Shown: positions 9,430-19,410 of the stretch, one piece after another | How the letters are laid out: each line of letters starts with the position of its first letter | How positions within the stretch are numbered: the first letter of the stretch is position 1 | Assembly: GCA_016194705.1 (NCBI GenBank) | Contig: JACQAZ010000010.1 | Coordinates: forward strand, 166 to 64,165 | DNA: 64,000 nucleotides | Direction: 5' to 3' | Source: Elusimicrobiota bacterium | GTDB lineage: Bacteria > Elusimicrobiota > Elusimicrobia > UBA1565 > UBA9628 | The notes under the pieces: model-generated | Databases searched by the model: none | Told to the model about the DNA's origin: nothing | What the model saw: the letters and a program-made list of their open reading frames with translations, nothing else | Translations under genes and position numbers: made by a program

Positions 9430-12134
9430 TTCTTGTATTTCTTTCCGGAGCCGCAGTAGCAGGGGTCGTTGCGGCCGAGCTTGCTGATGTCGCGCGGGCC
9501 TTCGTCCTTTTTGAGGATCGATTTCTTCTCGCCGTTGGTCGACGATGGGGCAGCGGGCTGCTGCGGCTGCCCGGGCCGCCCTCCCTCGATGCGCGCGGCG
9601 GGCGGCGGCGGAGGCAGGCGCGGCGCCTGGACGCGGAAGACGTACTCGACGGTCTGCTCGCGGATGCGCGCCATCAGCGCCTCGAAGAGGATGAAGGACT
9701 CCTTCTGGTATTCGATCTTCGGATCCTTCTGCCCGTAGGCGCGCAGGCCGATGGATTTCTTGAGGTGGTCGAGGTCGTAGAGGTGGCCCTTCCAGGCGCG
9801 GTCGATCATCTGGAGCAGGATCATCTTCTCGATGTCGCGAAAATTGTAGCCCTCGAAGTCCTTCTCCCGGCCGGCGTAGCGCTCCTTGACGGCGGAAAGC
9901 AAGGTCTCTTTGAGCGAGGCCCGCTCGAGCTTGGAGATCTCTTCGGGCCGAGGGCTGTACTCGATGCCGAAGGTGCGCTCGAGATAGGCCTTGAGGCTGG
10001 CCAGGTCCCACGACTCCGGATAGGCGTCCTCGGGGCAGCAGACCCCGAGCTTCTCCTGCAGGTCTTCTTCGATCATCATCTGCATCTGCTCGGAGACCGA
10101 CTCGTTGTCGAGGATGCCGTTGCGCAGCTTGTAGATGACTTCGCGCTGCTTGTTCATGACGTTGTCGTAGTCGAGAAGCTGCTTTCTGATGTCGAAGTTA
10201 TGGGTCTCGACGCGGCGCTGGGCTCCCGCGATCTGCCGGGAGACCAGGGGAGACTCGATGACCTCGCCCTCGGTCATGCCGAGCCTCTCCATGATGCCGG
10301 AAAGCCGGTCGCTGCCGAAAAGGCGCATGAGCTCGTCGTCAAGCGCGAGATAGAAGCGCGAGGAGCCGGGGTCGCCCTGACGGCCGCAGCGGCCTCTGAG
10401 CTGGTTGTCGATGCGCCGCGCCTCGTGGCGCTCGGTGCCCAAGACGTGCAGCCCGCCGAGGCCCTTGACGACTTCGTACTCGGCCAGGTCCTGGGGATTG
10501 CCGCCCAGGAGGATGTCGGTGCCGCGGCCGGCCATATTGGTCGCAATCGTCACCGCGCCCTTGTGGCCGGCCTGGGCGATGATCTGGGCTTCCATCTCGT
10601 GGTACTTCGCGTTGAGGACTTGGTGCGGTATGCCCACCGTCCTGAGCATCGCGGCGAGCTTCTCGGACTTCTCGATCGAGCGCGTTCCCACGAGCACGGG
10701 CCTTCCGGCCTTCCAAAGCTCCTTGATCTCGGCGACGATCGCGTTGTATTTCTCGCGCTCGGTGCGGTAGATGAAGTCCGGCTCGTCCTTGCGGACCATC
10801 TTGTTGTGCGTCGGGATTTCGTAGACGCTGATGTTGTAGATCTCGAAGAACTCGTCTTCCTCGGTCATGGCGGTGCCGGTCATGCCGCCCATCTTGCGGT
10901 AGAGCTTGAAGAAGTTCTGGAAGGTGATCGTGGCCAGCGTCTGGTTCTCCTCGCGCGGCGCCAGATTCTCCTTCGCCTCGACGGCCTGGTGCAGGCCGTC
11001 CGACCAGCGTCTTCCGGGCATCAGGCGCCCCGTGAACTCGTCGACGATGACGACCTCGCCGTCCTTGATCACGTAGTCGACGTCGCGGTGGTAGAGATGA
11101 TGCGCGCGCAGGGCCTGGGTGATGTGGTGGACCCACTCGCCCTCCAGGTCGTCGTAGAGGTTGGCGATGCCCAGCAGCTTCTCGCACTTCTGGATGCCAT
11201 CCTCGGTCAAGATCGCGGTGTGGTTTTTCTCATCGACGATCGCATCGTACCCTTTGCCGAGCTCCTCGCCCTTATACTTGGCCTGTATCTCCTCTTCCTC
11301 GGTGATCTTGCGCGCGTTGATCATCGGGATGATGCGGTTGATGATGGCGTAGCGGTCGGTGGATTTCTCGGCCGCGCCCGAGATAATCAGGGGGGTCCTG
11401 GCCTCGTCGACGAGGATCGAGTCGACCTCGTCGATGATGGCGTACTGGGTGGGACGCATGACTCGCTCTTCCTTCGAGGTCACCATGTTGTCGCGCAGGT
11501 AGTCGAAGCCGACCTCGTTGTTGGTGACGTAGGTGACGTCCGAGGCGTAGGACTTGCGGCGGTCCTCGTTGGGCATGTCATGCTGGACAAAGCCGACGCT
11601 CAAACCGAGGAAGCGGTAGACCGGGCCCATCCACTCGCAATCGCGCTTGGCGAGGTAATCATTGACCGTGACCAGGTGGCAGCCTCGGCCGAGCAGGGAG
11701 TTGAGATAGACGGGCGCGGTCGCGACCAAGGTTTTTCCCTCGCCGGTTTTCATCTCGGCGATATTGCCCTCGTGCAGGACCATGCCGCCGAGCATCTGGA
11801 CGTCGTAGTGGCGCAGGCCGATCGTGCGGCGGGAAGCCTCGCGGACCAAGGCGAATGCCTCCGGCAGTATCTCATCGAGAAGCTCCTGCCAGAGCTTCTT
11901 CTCGGCCTTGCGGCGTTCCTCCTCGTCCTGAGGCAGGTCCTGCATCAGGGGCTCGAGCCGCTCCTTAAGCTGCTGCTTGAGGTAGGCCGTTTTCTCCGGG
12001 AAGGCCGAGTCCGGCAGGGCCTTGACCTGTTCTTCAAAGGCGTTGATCTTATCGAGGGTCGGCTTGTAGCGCTTGAGCGTGCGCTCGCTGGGGCTGCCGA
12101 AAATGCGGTAGAAGAGCCAGCGTAGGAAATTCAC
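9417..12134 (-). CDS. secA: preprotein translocase ATPase SecA
   Basis: A 905-aa protein with DEAD-motor motifs and the C-terminal zinc-binding tail CYCGSGKKYKKCHG. Confidence 0.95.
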   Translation of the reverse strand: MNFLRWLFYRIFGSPSERTLKRYKPTLDKINAFEEQVKALPDSAFPEKTAYLKQQLKERLEPLMQDLPQDEEERRKAEKKLWQELLDEILPEAFALVREASRRTIGLRHYDVQMLGGMVLHEGNIAEMKTGEGKTLVATAPVYLNSLLGRGCHLVTVNDYLAKRDCEWMGPVYRFLGLSVGFVQHDMPNEDRRKSYASDVTYVTNNEVGFDYLRDNMVTSKEERVMRPTQYAIIDEVDSILVDEARTPLIISGAAEKSTDRYAIINRIIPMINARKITEEEEIQAKYKGEELGKGYDAIVDEKNHTAILTEDGIQKCEKLLGIANLYDDLEGEWVHHITQALRAHHLYHRDVDYVIKDGEVVIVDEFTGRLMPGRRWSDGLHQAVEAKENLAPREENQTLATITFQNFFKLYRKMGGMTGTAMTEEDEFFEIYNISVYEIPTHNKMVRKDEPDFIYRTEREKYNAIVAEIKELWKAGRPVLVGTRSIEKSEKLAAMLRTVGIPHQVLNAKYHEMEAQIIAQAGHKGAVTIATNMAGRGTDILLGGNPQDLAEYEVVKGLGGLHVLGTERHEARRIDNQLRGRCGRQGDPGSSRFYLALDDELMRLFGSDRLSGIMERLGMTEGEVIESPLVSRQIAGAQRRVETHNFDIRKQLLDYDNVMNKQREVIYKLRNGILDNESVSEQMQMMIEEDLQEKLGVCCPEDAYPESWDLASLKAYLERTFGIEYSPRPEEISKLERASLKETLLSAVKERYAGREKDFEGYNFRDIEKMILLQMIDRAWKGHLYDLDHLKKSIGLRAYGQKDPKIEYQKESFILFEALMARIREQTVEYVFRVQAPRLPPPPPAARIEGGRPGQPQQPAAPSSTNGEKKSILKKDEGPRDISKLGRNDPCYCGSGKKYKKCHG

Positions 12135-12137
12135 TTC

Positions 12138-12611
12138 TTAATTCATCGAGAGATTCTGGCGGAACTTGTCGGTGTTCTCGAGCATGTTCTTGAGATTCTC
12201 GATGGCCTCCTTCCAGGCCTCGGCCTGCCAGGCCCGGGCCTTTTCCCATTGCGAGCCCGAACCCCAGCCCGTGTGGACGAAGCGCAGCAAGGTCCCCCCC
12301 TCGCGGGGTTCCAGGCGGACGAACACCTGCGTCCGGGAGCCCATGACGGTCTCGTACTCCTCCGGGCCGCGCCAGTTGAAGCTCAACTCGGAGTTCGGGA
12401 CGATGTCGGTGATTCGGCAGCCCTTGGTGCTGTTGTGCTCGGGCCGCTCCGGCTCCCAGAATAGCTCGTAGGCCCCGCCGACCGCCGGATCGACGTTGGC
12501 CTTGCGCGTGAGCCAGCGCTCGAGGAGTTCGGGCTTGATCCAGGCCTCGAAGACCTGATCGACCGGATTTTCAATGACGACCGAGATGTCGATATCGCGC
12601 GCTTTGGACAT
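12138..12611 (-). CDS. SRPBCC / AHSA1-domain protein (activator-of-Hsp90-ATPase-homolog-like)
   Basis: A 157-aa protein with an Aha1_N/SRPBCC-like pattern (VIENPVDQVFEAW...ELLERW...). It ends 3 nt upstream of the secA start. Confidence 0.65.
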   Translation of the reverse strand: MSKARDIDISVVIENPVDQVFEAWIKPELLERWLTRKANVDPAVGGAYELFWEPERPEHNSTKGCRITDIVPNSELSFNWRGPEEYETVMGSRTQVFVRLEPREGGTLLRFVHTGWGSGSQWEKARAWQAEAWKEAIENLKNMLENTDKFRQNLSMN

Positions 12612-12683
12612 GGGTCCCCCGCGGGGTTTTCCTCAATAATGAGTTTAGCATTTCAATGGCCGCGTCGTCTTAAACGCGGCGCT

Positions 12684-13460
12684 CTAGCCCCGCAGCTCGA
12701 GTATGCGCTGGCGGGCCGCGAAGAGCTTCTCGCCGAAATGGGCGGGAGCCGTGTCGAGGAAGCGTTGATAGGAGGCCGCCGCCTCGGACTTGAGGCCGAG
12801 CGCCTCCTCGGTCAGGCCCTTCTCGTACCAATGCCCGGGATTGGCGCCGTCCTTCGAGACGGCCTCGCTGAGGCAGACCAGAGCGTCGCCGAGACGCCCC
12901 AGGCGCCTCAAGCAGCCGCCCTTCTCGGCCAGAACTGGCGCCGGCGGCGAGCCAAAAGACAAGGCCTTGTCGAGACATTCCAACGCCAATTGGTCCTGGT
13001 TGATCGCCCCGAGGCAGACGCCCTTGTTGAACCAGGCCATCGCGCTCTTGGGGTCGAGGGTCAGGGCCTGCTCGTAGGAATGGGCCGCTTCGTCGAACTG
13101 GCGCAGCTCCTGCAGGCAGCGCCCCCGGCTTAAGTGCGCGGCGGGCTCGCGCGGATCGAGCGAGATGGCCTTGTCCAAGAGGGCCATCGCCTCCTCGGCG
13201 CGCGCGAGCATCGTCAGGCACACGGCCAGCCCGCCGATGACTTCGTACTCGCCCGGGACAAATTCGACCGACCTTACGAACGCCTCGAGGGCCTGATCGT
13301 ATTGTCCCGCGGACATGAGTTCGGCGCCTTGGCTGGCCAAAGCCGAGGCCTGGTTGCGGTCGGCATCCGAGGGGACGCTCTTGCGGCCCTCGCCGAAAAT
13401 AAGGGCTATTTTATTGCGCAGGTCCATGCCGGTGTTAAGGGATTCCCCTAATCCTAGCAA
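12684..13460 (-). CDS. tetratricopeptide (TPR) repeat protein
   Basis: Repeated 34-aa A/L/Y-rich TPR units are visible (e.g. AWFNKGVCLGAINQDQLALECLDKALS and AHLSRGRCLQELRQFDEAAHSYEQALTLDP). The exact start is uncertain. Confidence 0.75.
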   Translation of the reverse strand: MLGLGESLNTGMDLRNKIALIFGEGRKSVPSDADRNQASALASQGAELMSAGQYDQALEAFVRSVEFVPGEYEVIGGLAVCLTMLARAEEAMALLDKAISLDPREPAAHLSRGRCLQELRQFDEAAHSYEQALTLDPKSAMAWFNKGVCLGAINQDQLALECLDKALSFGSPPAPVLAEKGGCLRRLGRLGDALVCLSEAVSKDGANPGHWYEKGLTEEALGLKSEAAASYQRFLDTAPAHFGEKLFAARQRILELRG

Positions 13461-13482
13461 AAGGACTGCGCGACGAGCGCTA

Positions 13483-15372
13483 TTATTTCAGATGGGCGCG
13501 GCGGATGCGGTCGCCGGGCTCGAGACGGTCGACGACGTCCATGCCGGAGACCACCGAGCCGAAGACCGTGTAGCGCCCGTCGAGGTGCGGGGTCGGTATG
13601 TGCGTGATGAAGAGCTGGCAGCCTCCCGTGTCCTTGCCGGCCTTGGGCATCCCGACCGAGCCGCGCACGAAGGGCAGGCGGTTGATCTCGTCGCGCAGCG
13701 AGAAGCCGGCGTCGCCCCAGCCGCTGCCGCGGGGGTCGCCTCCCTGCACGACGAAGCCCGAGACCACCCGGTGCCAGATGGTGCCGTCGTAGAGACCGCG
13801 CTTGACGCTCCGAAGGAAGCTGGCGGCATGCAACGGCGCCTCGTCGGCGGCCAAGGAAAGCGCGATGTCGCCTTTGTCGGTCTCGATGACCACGGTCGCC
13901 GGGGCGGGGAGGCGCGCCAAGTCCGGCGAAGGTTCAATGTGGCTCTGAGCCACCATTTTTGCGGCCTGGCTGAATAAGTTGAACCAATTGCTCGGGCACG
14001 ACGACGGATGGACAGAATTGATCTCTTGCAGCGCTTTCGTCGCATCATCATTAAGTTCTGGATATCGATGAGCGGTCTCGCCTTGGAGTAGTGATATCAA
14101 TCCTTGGCAGAGTGCCGCTGATTTTCTTTCACCGGCAGCCTCGGCCGCCGTCCCGACAAGCTCGAGAGAGGCCTTCGGGTCGCGCAGGACCGCATCGAGG
14201 ATATCGTCAACCTCGGTCGAGCTGCTCTTGGCCAGCGCCTCCAGCGCGGCGGATGCGACGCGCGCATCCTTGTCCTTGATTGCCTCCTTCAATAGCGCCT
14301 CGCCGCCGGGAACGGCTCCCAGACCTTCATCGGCGCGAGACCGGACCCACCAATTCTCCGAGCGGGCTCCGCGGCCGAGCGCATCCAATGCCTGATTGGG
14401 CCGCAGCTTGGCCCAGGCGAGCAGAGTTTGGCCCAGCACCATCGGCGAATCGTCGTTGATCAGCTCATCGAGCCAATAGGCGAGTTTGGGGTTGCCGGTG
14501 GCGGCCAGGGCGTCGGCGGCCGCGGCGCGCACGTGAGCGGACTCATCCGAAAAAATCTTCTGGTCGATGTAATCCGCCCGGCCGGCCAGGCCCAAGGCGC
14601 GCGCGGCCTCGGTGCGCACGAGGTAATCGTTGTCGGTCAGGTCCTTGGCTAGATTCTCCCAGGGTGCCGCGGTCTTGAGCTGGGCCAGCGCCCGGCAGGC
14701 GAAGAGCCGCACCGAGTTGTAGGGATCGCCCGCGGCCTCGGCCAAGGCCTTGGCCGCCCGGGACTCGGGAAAGCGGCTGAAGGCGTAGACGGCGCGCCAG
14801 CGCACGTCGGGCTGGGAATCCTTGAACAGCGCGGTCAGACCCTCGACGGCGGCGCTCGAGTACTCGGGCACGCGCTTCAAGAACCTCTGGCGGAAAAGAG
14901 CCAGGGCCGCCTCGCCGCGCACGGCCGGGTCCTCGTCCTTTAGATAGGCGAGCAAACGAGGCTCGGCCTCGGGGCCAGCGGTCTTTCCCAGCGCCTCGAC
15001 CGCGGCTTGCTTGAGCCCTCCGCGAACGCCGCTGGAGAACACCGCCAGGGCCGCGGCGGCCCGCAGGCGGGTCGTCGATGAGACCTCCGGCTCGGCCAAG
15101 CCCATTTGTCCCAACGAAAAAACCGCCTGCTCGTTGACTCCGACATCTCGGTCTGAGAGCCCGCTCAGGAGCGCTTGGAGATACGCCTGCGACTGTATGC
15201 GGCCCATCGCGAGGTACGCGGCCTTGCGGGTCTTGGCCGAGGAAGCGGCGGCGGCCTCGAAGAGCACGGCGGAGTCCGCAACTCGCAGGTCTTGCTCCCT
15301 CAATATGGCTTGCCTTGGGATGTTCGCGCAGCCGGCGAGCACGACGAGGGGCAGAGCCCTGAAGAAGCGCAC
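13483..15372 (-). CDS. lipoprotein fusing N-terminal HEAT/PBS-lyase-type repeats (about 470 aa) to a C-terminal cyclophilin-type peptidyl-prolyl isomerase domain
   Basis: The N-terminus has a lipobox (MRFFRALPLVVLAGC). Repeated DxxVRxxAxxAL HEAT units follow. The C-terminal 150 aa match cyclophilin (HRVVSGFVVQGGDP...GSVGMP...QLFITH...LDGRYTVFG). Confidence 0.8.
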   Translation of the reverse strand: MRFFRALPLVVLAGCANIPRQAILREQDLRVADSAVLFEAAAASSAKTRKAAYLAMGRIQSQAYLQALLSGLSDRDVGVNEQAVFSLGQMGLAEPEVSSTTRLRAAAALAVFSSGVRGGLKQAAVEALGKTAGPEAEPRLLAYLKDEDPAVRGEAALALFRQRFLKRVPEYSSAAVEGLTALFKDSQPDVRWRAVYAFSRFPESRAAKALAEAAGDPYNSVRLFACRALAQLKTAAPWENLAKDLTDNDYLVRTEAARALGLAGRADYIDQKIFSDESAHVRAAAADALAATGNPKLAYWLDELINDDSPMVLGQTLLAWAKLRPNQALDALGRGARSENWWVRSRADEGLGAVPGGEALLKEAIKDKDARVASAALEALAKSSSTEVDDILDAVLRDPKASLELVGTAAEAAGERKSAALCQGLISLLQGETAHRYPELNDDATKALQEINSVHPSSCPSNWFNLFSQAAKMVAQSHIEPSPDLARLPAPATVVIETDKGDIALSLAADEAPLHAASFLRSVKRGLYDGTIWHRVVSGFVVQGGDPRGSGWGDAGFSLRDEINRLPFVRGSVGMPKAGKDTGGCQLFITHIPTPHLDGRYTVFGSVVSGMDVVDRLEPGDRIRRAHLK

Positions 15373-15393
15373 GCAAAATTATATATTGTTCGC

Positions 15394-16452
15394 GTGAGGA
15401 CGCCCAAGCGTTTGGCCCCCTGGCTGCTCGCGCTGACCCTCGGTTCATGCGTCTCGCTCGAGGACACCCACATGCCCCGCGGCGGCATCCTCAAAGACCA
15501 GCGCACGGTGGTTCTGGTCTTCGCCGGACCCGGCCCCGTCATGAGCCAGGAGGACAACAAGGCCGAGACCGCGGCCAAGATCACCCCGGGCCTGGCCTAC
15601 ATCGTGCAGTCCTCCCAGGACGAGAGGGACCTCGCCTCCTCGCGCGACTTGGCCCAGTACCTGCCGCCCTTCGAAGCGGCCAAGGAGTTCGCGGCCGAGC
15701 TCGACAAGGTCTTGGCCTCGGTCGGGCATCCGGGCAAGTTCCTCTCGCCCGCGGAGGCGGGCATCGCCAAGGAACAGCTCGACGCCTTCAACAAATCCTC
15801 GGACCTGCTCGATTGGCGGCTGCGCTACTACATCCAAAACCCCGACCACCCGGTCCCGCGCAACTACTCGACCTTGCTTGAGCTCGACGACGCGTTGATC
15901 TTCGAGGCCGACCTCGCCTACGGAGTCGCCCAGGACGACCAGCAGAACGCGACGCCCACGCTTACGGCGGTGGTCAAGCTCTACAAGGCCGGCACGATGC
16001 GCCTCTTGTGGCGCCACGAGGCCGCGCTCGAAGACAAGCCGGGGCAGCGCCTGCTCTACGACTTCAAGCGCGACGGAGGCGACCTCATCAAGAAATACCG
16101 CAGGATGATGCCGGCCCTTGCGCAAAAGCTCGGCGACGACTACAAGAAGGAGCTGCAGGGGGCCGGCCTCTATCTCCCGGCGCGCCCCGCGGCAGTGGCG
16201 GTCTCGACTTCCGCGCCTTCGGGCTTTACGCCTTACAGCTTCGCGCCCTCGGCCCTTCCCGGGATGGCCGTCTCGACGGCGGCGGCGCCGGCGCCCTTCG
16301 TGCCGCCGCCCGGAGTCTCGATGTCGACGACCACGGCCGCGGCGCTCGGGCTGACTCCCATCGGGGGCGCATCGGCGGAGACTCAACCCGCACAGCAGCC
16401 GCCGACCCAGACCCAGATGCAGGGGCCCAAGTCGGGGAACTCTCCGCGCTAG
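15394..16452 (+). CDS. hypothetical lipoprotein with a Pro/Ala/Thr-rich low-complexity C-terminal tail
   Basis: A GTG start at 15394 gives VRTPKRLAPWLLALTLGSC, a lipobox. The ORF-track ATG at 15175 overlaps the convergent gene and is rejected. Confidence 0.6.
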   Translation: MRTPKRLAPWLLALTLGSCVSLEDTHMPRGGILKDQRTVVLVFAGPGPVMSQEDNKAETAAKITPGLAYIVQSSQDERDLASSRDLAQYLPPFEAAKEFAAELDKVLASVGHPGKFLSPAEAGIAKEQLDAFNKSSDLLDWRLRYYIQNPDHPVPRNYSTLLELDDALIFEADLAYGVAQDDQQNATPTLTAVVKLYKAGTMRLLWRHEAALEDKPGQRLLYDFKRDGGDLIKKYRRMMPALAQKLGDDYKKELQGAGLYLPARPAAVAVSTSAPSGFTPYSFAPSALPGMAVSTAAAPAPFVPPPGVSMSTTTAAALGLTPIGGASAETQPAQQPPTQTQMQGPKSGNSPR

Positions 16453-16453
16453 G

Positions 16454-18037
16454 CTAGGGGATAGCGCTGGTCTCGAACATCTTCTCGGCCGGCACGACCC
16501 TGACATTCTGCTTGGGAATGTCGAGCGGTTCGTTGGCCCAGACGGCGTCGCGCCGCAGGATGTCAAGTTTGGGCTGCGGAACGAGGTAGAGCTTCCTGCC
16601 GTCCTCTTCCTTGACGTCGATGTTGTAATCGTGAGGGTCCTTGCCCCAGACCGGCGCCTCGGAGGCGATGCCCTCGATGATCTTGGCCGTCTCGCCCTTC
16701 TTCGTCACGACCACATACTTCATGTCCTTGGCCTGAAGGTACTTCTTGATCGCGGCGTTGACCTGCCCACAGGTGACGGCGTCGACGCGCGCGAGGTAGC
16801 CGGGAAGATACCCCGGTTCCATGCCGTAATAGGCGTCGTCCAAGCGGCTGGCGAGCAATCGATCGGCGGTCTCGGCGAAGCTCAAGTACAGGATCTTGGC
16901 CTTGTTCTTCGAGAGCGCGCACTCCTCCTCGGTCAGGCCCGTCCGGATGAAGTTCCCGAGCTCCCAGGTCAGCGCGCGCAGTATATGCGGCGCGAACTGG
17001 TGCGCCACGGGCCGGGCCCATAGGCTGAAATACTGATAGCGCCTCGGAACGTTCAAAGGCGGGAAGAGGTTCTCGGGACGGCCCTCGAAGTGCTCGATGT
17101 AGGAGTAGTCGCCGTAGTTGTAGCCGCGCTCCTCCCTGATGACGTGGTACAGGTGCGAGAAGTCGTCGCGATGCGTGCCGAACCAGACGTTGGCGATGTA
17201 AAGAGGCCAAAAATCCGCGTCCTTGCGCGTGAGCGGAAGCGGGTAGCCCGCGTGCAGGCCCGTCGAGATCGCGTTGGGGAGCTCGATGACCAGCGCGCTG
17301 CGGCCGTGGACCGCCGCCGGAGCCTGAGGAACTTGGCTCTCGTAGGGCTCGGCCTTGACCTCCCCCATGCCGGCGACGGCATTCCTGATCTTTTCGATGA
17401 GGGCCTTATCGTTCGAGCTCACGCCCACGGTGATGTTCTCGGGCCGGTAATGGGTCTTGTAGAAGCGCAGCAGCGCCTCGCGGTCGACCTTCAGCAGCCC
17501 TTTCTCGGTGCCGCCGTCCCAATGCGCGTACGGCGTGCCCTCGAAGACGACGTTGTCGAGCGAGGTGAGCCCGAAATTTTCAATCTCCTCGAGGCGCAGT
17601 CCCGAACGCAGATATTGGAGGACCTCGCCCCTGACGCGCTCGAGTTCCTTGGGGTTGAATAGCGGCTTGGTCAGCATGGGCCGGAGCACTTCATCGATGT
17701 ACCGATCGGCCACCTCGCGCGGCGCCGAAAAGTGGATGACGGTGGTCTCCTTGGCGACCTGGGCGTTTGGGTAGGCAGCCGTGCCCCAGGGACGCGTCAA
17801 GTCGGCGAGCTTCTCCTTGGTGACGGGATGCAAGGGATCTCCGAAACTCCCCTCGCGGAGCATGGCGCCGGTCAGCGCCGCTAAGCCCTCCAAACCTGGC
17901 GGATCTGACGCAGAACCGGCCCTGACCATCACCTTGATCTTGACGAGCGGCGCCTTCGAATCCAAGGTCACGACTTCGAGCGCCCGCGCCGACGGCGCGA
18001 GCAGGACGGCGAGGATCAAAATCTGTCTCATGGTCAT
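16454..18037 (-). CDS. M16-family (insulinase-like) peptidase subunit lacking the HxxEH zinc motif, a probable non-catalytic partner
   Basis: A signal peptide is followed by the M16 inactive-domain fold. Its start overlaps the upstream M16 gene by 4 nt. Confidence 0.75.
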   Translation of the reverse strand: MTMRQILILAVLLAPSARALEVVTLDSKAPLVKIKVMVRAGSASDPPGLEGLAALTGAMLREGSFGDPLHPVTKEKLADLTRPWGTAAYPNAQVAKETTVIHFSAPREVADRYIDEVLRPMLTKPLFNPKELERVRGEVLQYLRSGLRLEEIENFGLTSLDNVVFEGTPYAHWDGGTEKGLLKVDREALLRFYKTHYRPENITVGVSSNDKALIEKIRNAVAGMGEVKAEPYESQVPQAPAAVHGRSALVIELPNAISTGLHAGYPLPLTRKDADFWPLYIANVWFGTHRDDFSHLYHVIREERGYNYGDYSYIEHFEGRPENLFPPLNVPRRYQYFSLWARPVAHQFAPHILRALTWELGNFIRTGLTEEECALSKNKAKILYLSFAETADRLLASRLDDAYYGMEPGYLPGYLARVDAVTCGQVNAAIKKYLQAKDMKYVVVTKKGETAKIIEGIASEAPVWGKDPHDYNIDVKEEDGRKLYLVPQPKLDILRRDAVWANEPLDIPKQNVRVVPAEKMFETSAIP

Positions 18038-19410
18038 TTCCCCTTCTTGGCCGAAGGCTCGAAGGCCAAGGTCAGCACGACTCTGTTCTCCGGCCTGAAG
18101 TAATTCTGCGCGAGCCGGTCGATGTCTTCGGGCTTAAGCTTCTGAACGGAATCTAGAAGCTGGTCCAGGGCCTGGGGATCGCGATTGAAGCGGTAGTACT
18201 GGGCCATCACGTTGGCAACGTTGCGAGGGCTCGAGAGGCCCGAGAGAAAATCGTAGCGGTACTTGCTTTGGATGACCTTAAGGAGGTCCGCGGCGCCCGG
18301 AGACTTCGAGAAGCTCTTCAGGGCGTCGAGGCCATCCTCGATGTCCTTGATCGCGTCGTCGAAGTAGGCGTCGCCCTTCGCTGCAAGCTTCTCTTTGAAG
18401 AGTTCGGCCGAAACGATGATCGCACGCGGCTCGGCGCTCTCGAAGCCGTTGGTGCCCTCGTCGAAGCCGATGCCGCTGGCGGTCTGCTTCTCGTACCGCA
18501 ATTTCTTCTGCAGGGGTGCTGCGGGCGAGATCAGCAGCTCGTCCAAGAGTTCGGCGGCTCCCGCCTCGGGCGAGCCGAGCTTGAAGGCCGGCATCCGATA
18601 CGCGACCCAGGCCTGGGGCGCGATGTCGGAGTCCCAGGCGACGCGTTCGCGGCGGTCTCCAGAGGGTTCGGGGCCCTTCTCCTTGACCGGCGGGATGGGC
18701 TGGGCCTTCCAGTCGGAATAAAGCGGCCCGAGAGTCTTGAAGACCTCCTCGGCCTTGACGTCGCCGGCCACGACGACCACGACGCCGTTGGGACGGTAGT
18801 AAGTGTCGTAGAACTTCTTGGCCGCCTCGTAGTGCTTGGGCATGTCGATGACGTCGTCGTAGTAGCCCATCGTCGTGTGGCCGTACGGATGATTGGGGTA
18901 GAGCAGGTCGTAGACCCTCTCCTCCATCTTCATCGATGGGTTCGAGGCGACTTTGCGGTACTCGCCGAGTACCGCGCCCGTCTCTGTCTGGAAGATCTTC
19001 TCGTTGATCGAGAGCGCCTTGAAGCGCGAGGACTCAAGCAGGGCTAGCCCCGCGAGGTTCGAGGTGAAGGTCAGCGGGTGGTAGTAGGTGATGTCGAACC
19101 AGGTCCAGGCGTTGTTGTCGGCGCCCATGCGGTTGATCGCATCGTTGTAGCCGCCGTCCTTGCCTTTGAAGCGGTGCGTAAACAGTATGTGCTCGAAGAG
19201 GTGCGCGAGGCCCGTGGCGCCCCGCTGCTCCTCCTTTCCAGAGCCCGCGAGCACCATCGTATTGTAGCTCAGCACGTCCTTAAACTCGGGCATCTCGATG
19301 ACGAGGATGTCGAGGCCGTTGGGCAAGGTCTTCTTCTTGACCGGATAGGGGAACGCGCCCGCCGAGGCCCAGCCGGAGCAAAGCGCCAAAATCAGGGATA
19401 GGGTCTTCAT
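18034..19410 (-). CDS. M16-family zinc peptidase, catalytic subunit
   Basis: A signal peptide is present, and HLFEHILF is the HxxEH inverzincin motif. Confidence 0.85.
   Translation of the reverse strand: MKTLSLILALCSGWASAGAFPYPVKKKTLPNGLDILVIEMPEFKDVLSYNTMVLAGSGKEEQRGATGLAHLFEHILFTHRFKGKDGGYNDAINRMGADNNAWTWFDITYYHPLTFTSNLAGLALLESSRFKALSINEKIFQTETGAVLGEYRKVASNPSMKMEERVYDLLYPNHPYGHTTMGYYDDVIDMPKHYEAAKKFYDTYYRPNGVVVVVAGDVKAEEVFKTLGPLYSDWKAQPIPPVKEKGPEPSGDRRERVAWDSDIAPQAWVAYRMPAFKLGSPEAGAAELLDELLISPAAPLQKKLRYEKQTASGIGFDEGTNGFESAEPRAIIVSAELFKEKLAAKGDAYFDDAIKDIEDGLDALKSFSKSPGAADLLKVIQSKYRYDFLSGLSSPRNVANVMAQYYRFNRDPQALDQLLDSVQKLKPEDIDRLAQNYFRPENRVVLTLAFEPSAKKGK

Noticed and set aside
9430-10011. 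N-terminal 194-aa extension of the lnt ORF
   Set aside because: It overlaps the secA C-terminus in another frame and is low-complexity. ATG 9429, just after the secA stop, gives a normal Lnt N-terminal TM region.
12612-12683. CCCCGCGGGG hairpin plus TTTT immediately upstream of the AHSA1-like gene start
   Set aside because: It is oriented for the plus strand, but no plus-strand transcript is expected here. The stem is short (5 bp GC). It more likely reflects 5'-UTR structure on the minus strand. It was not called as a feature.
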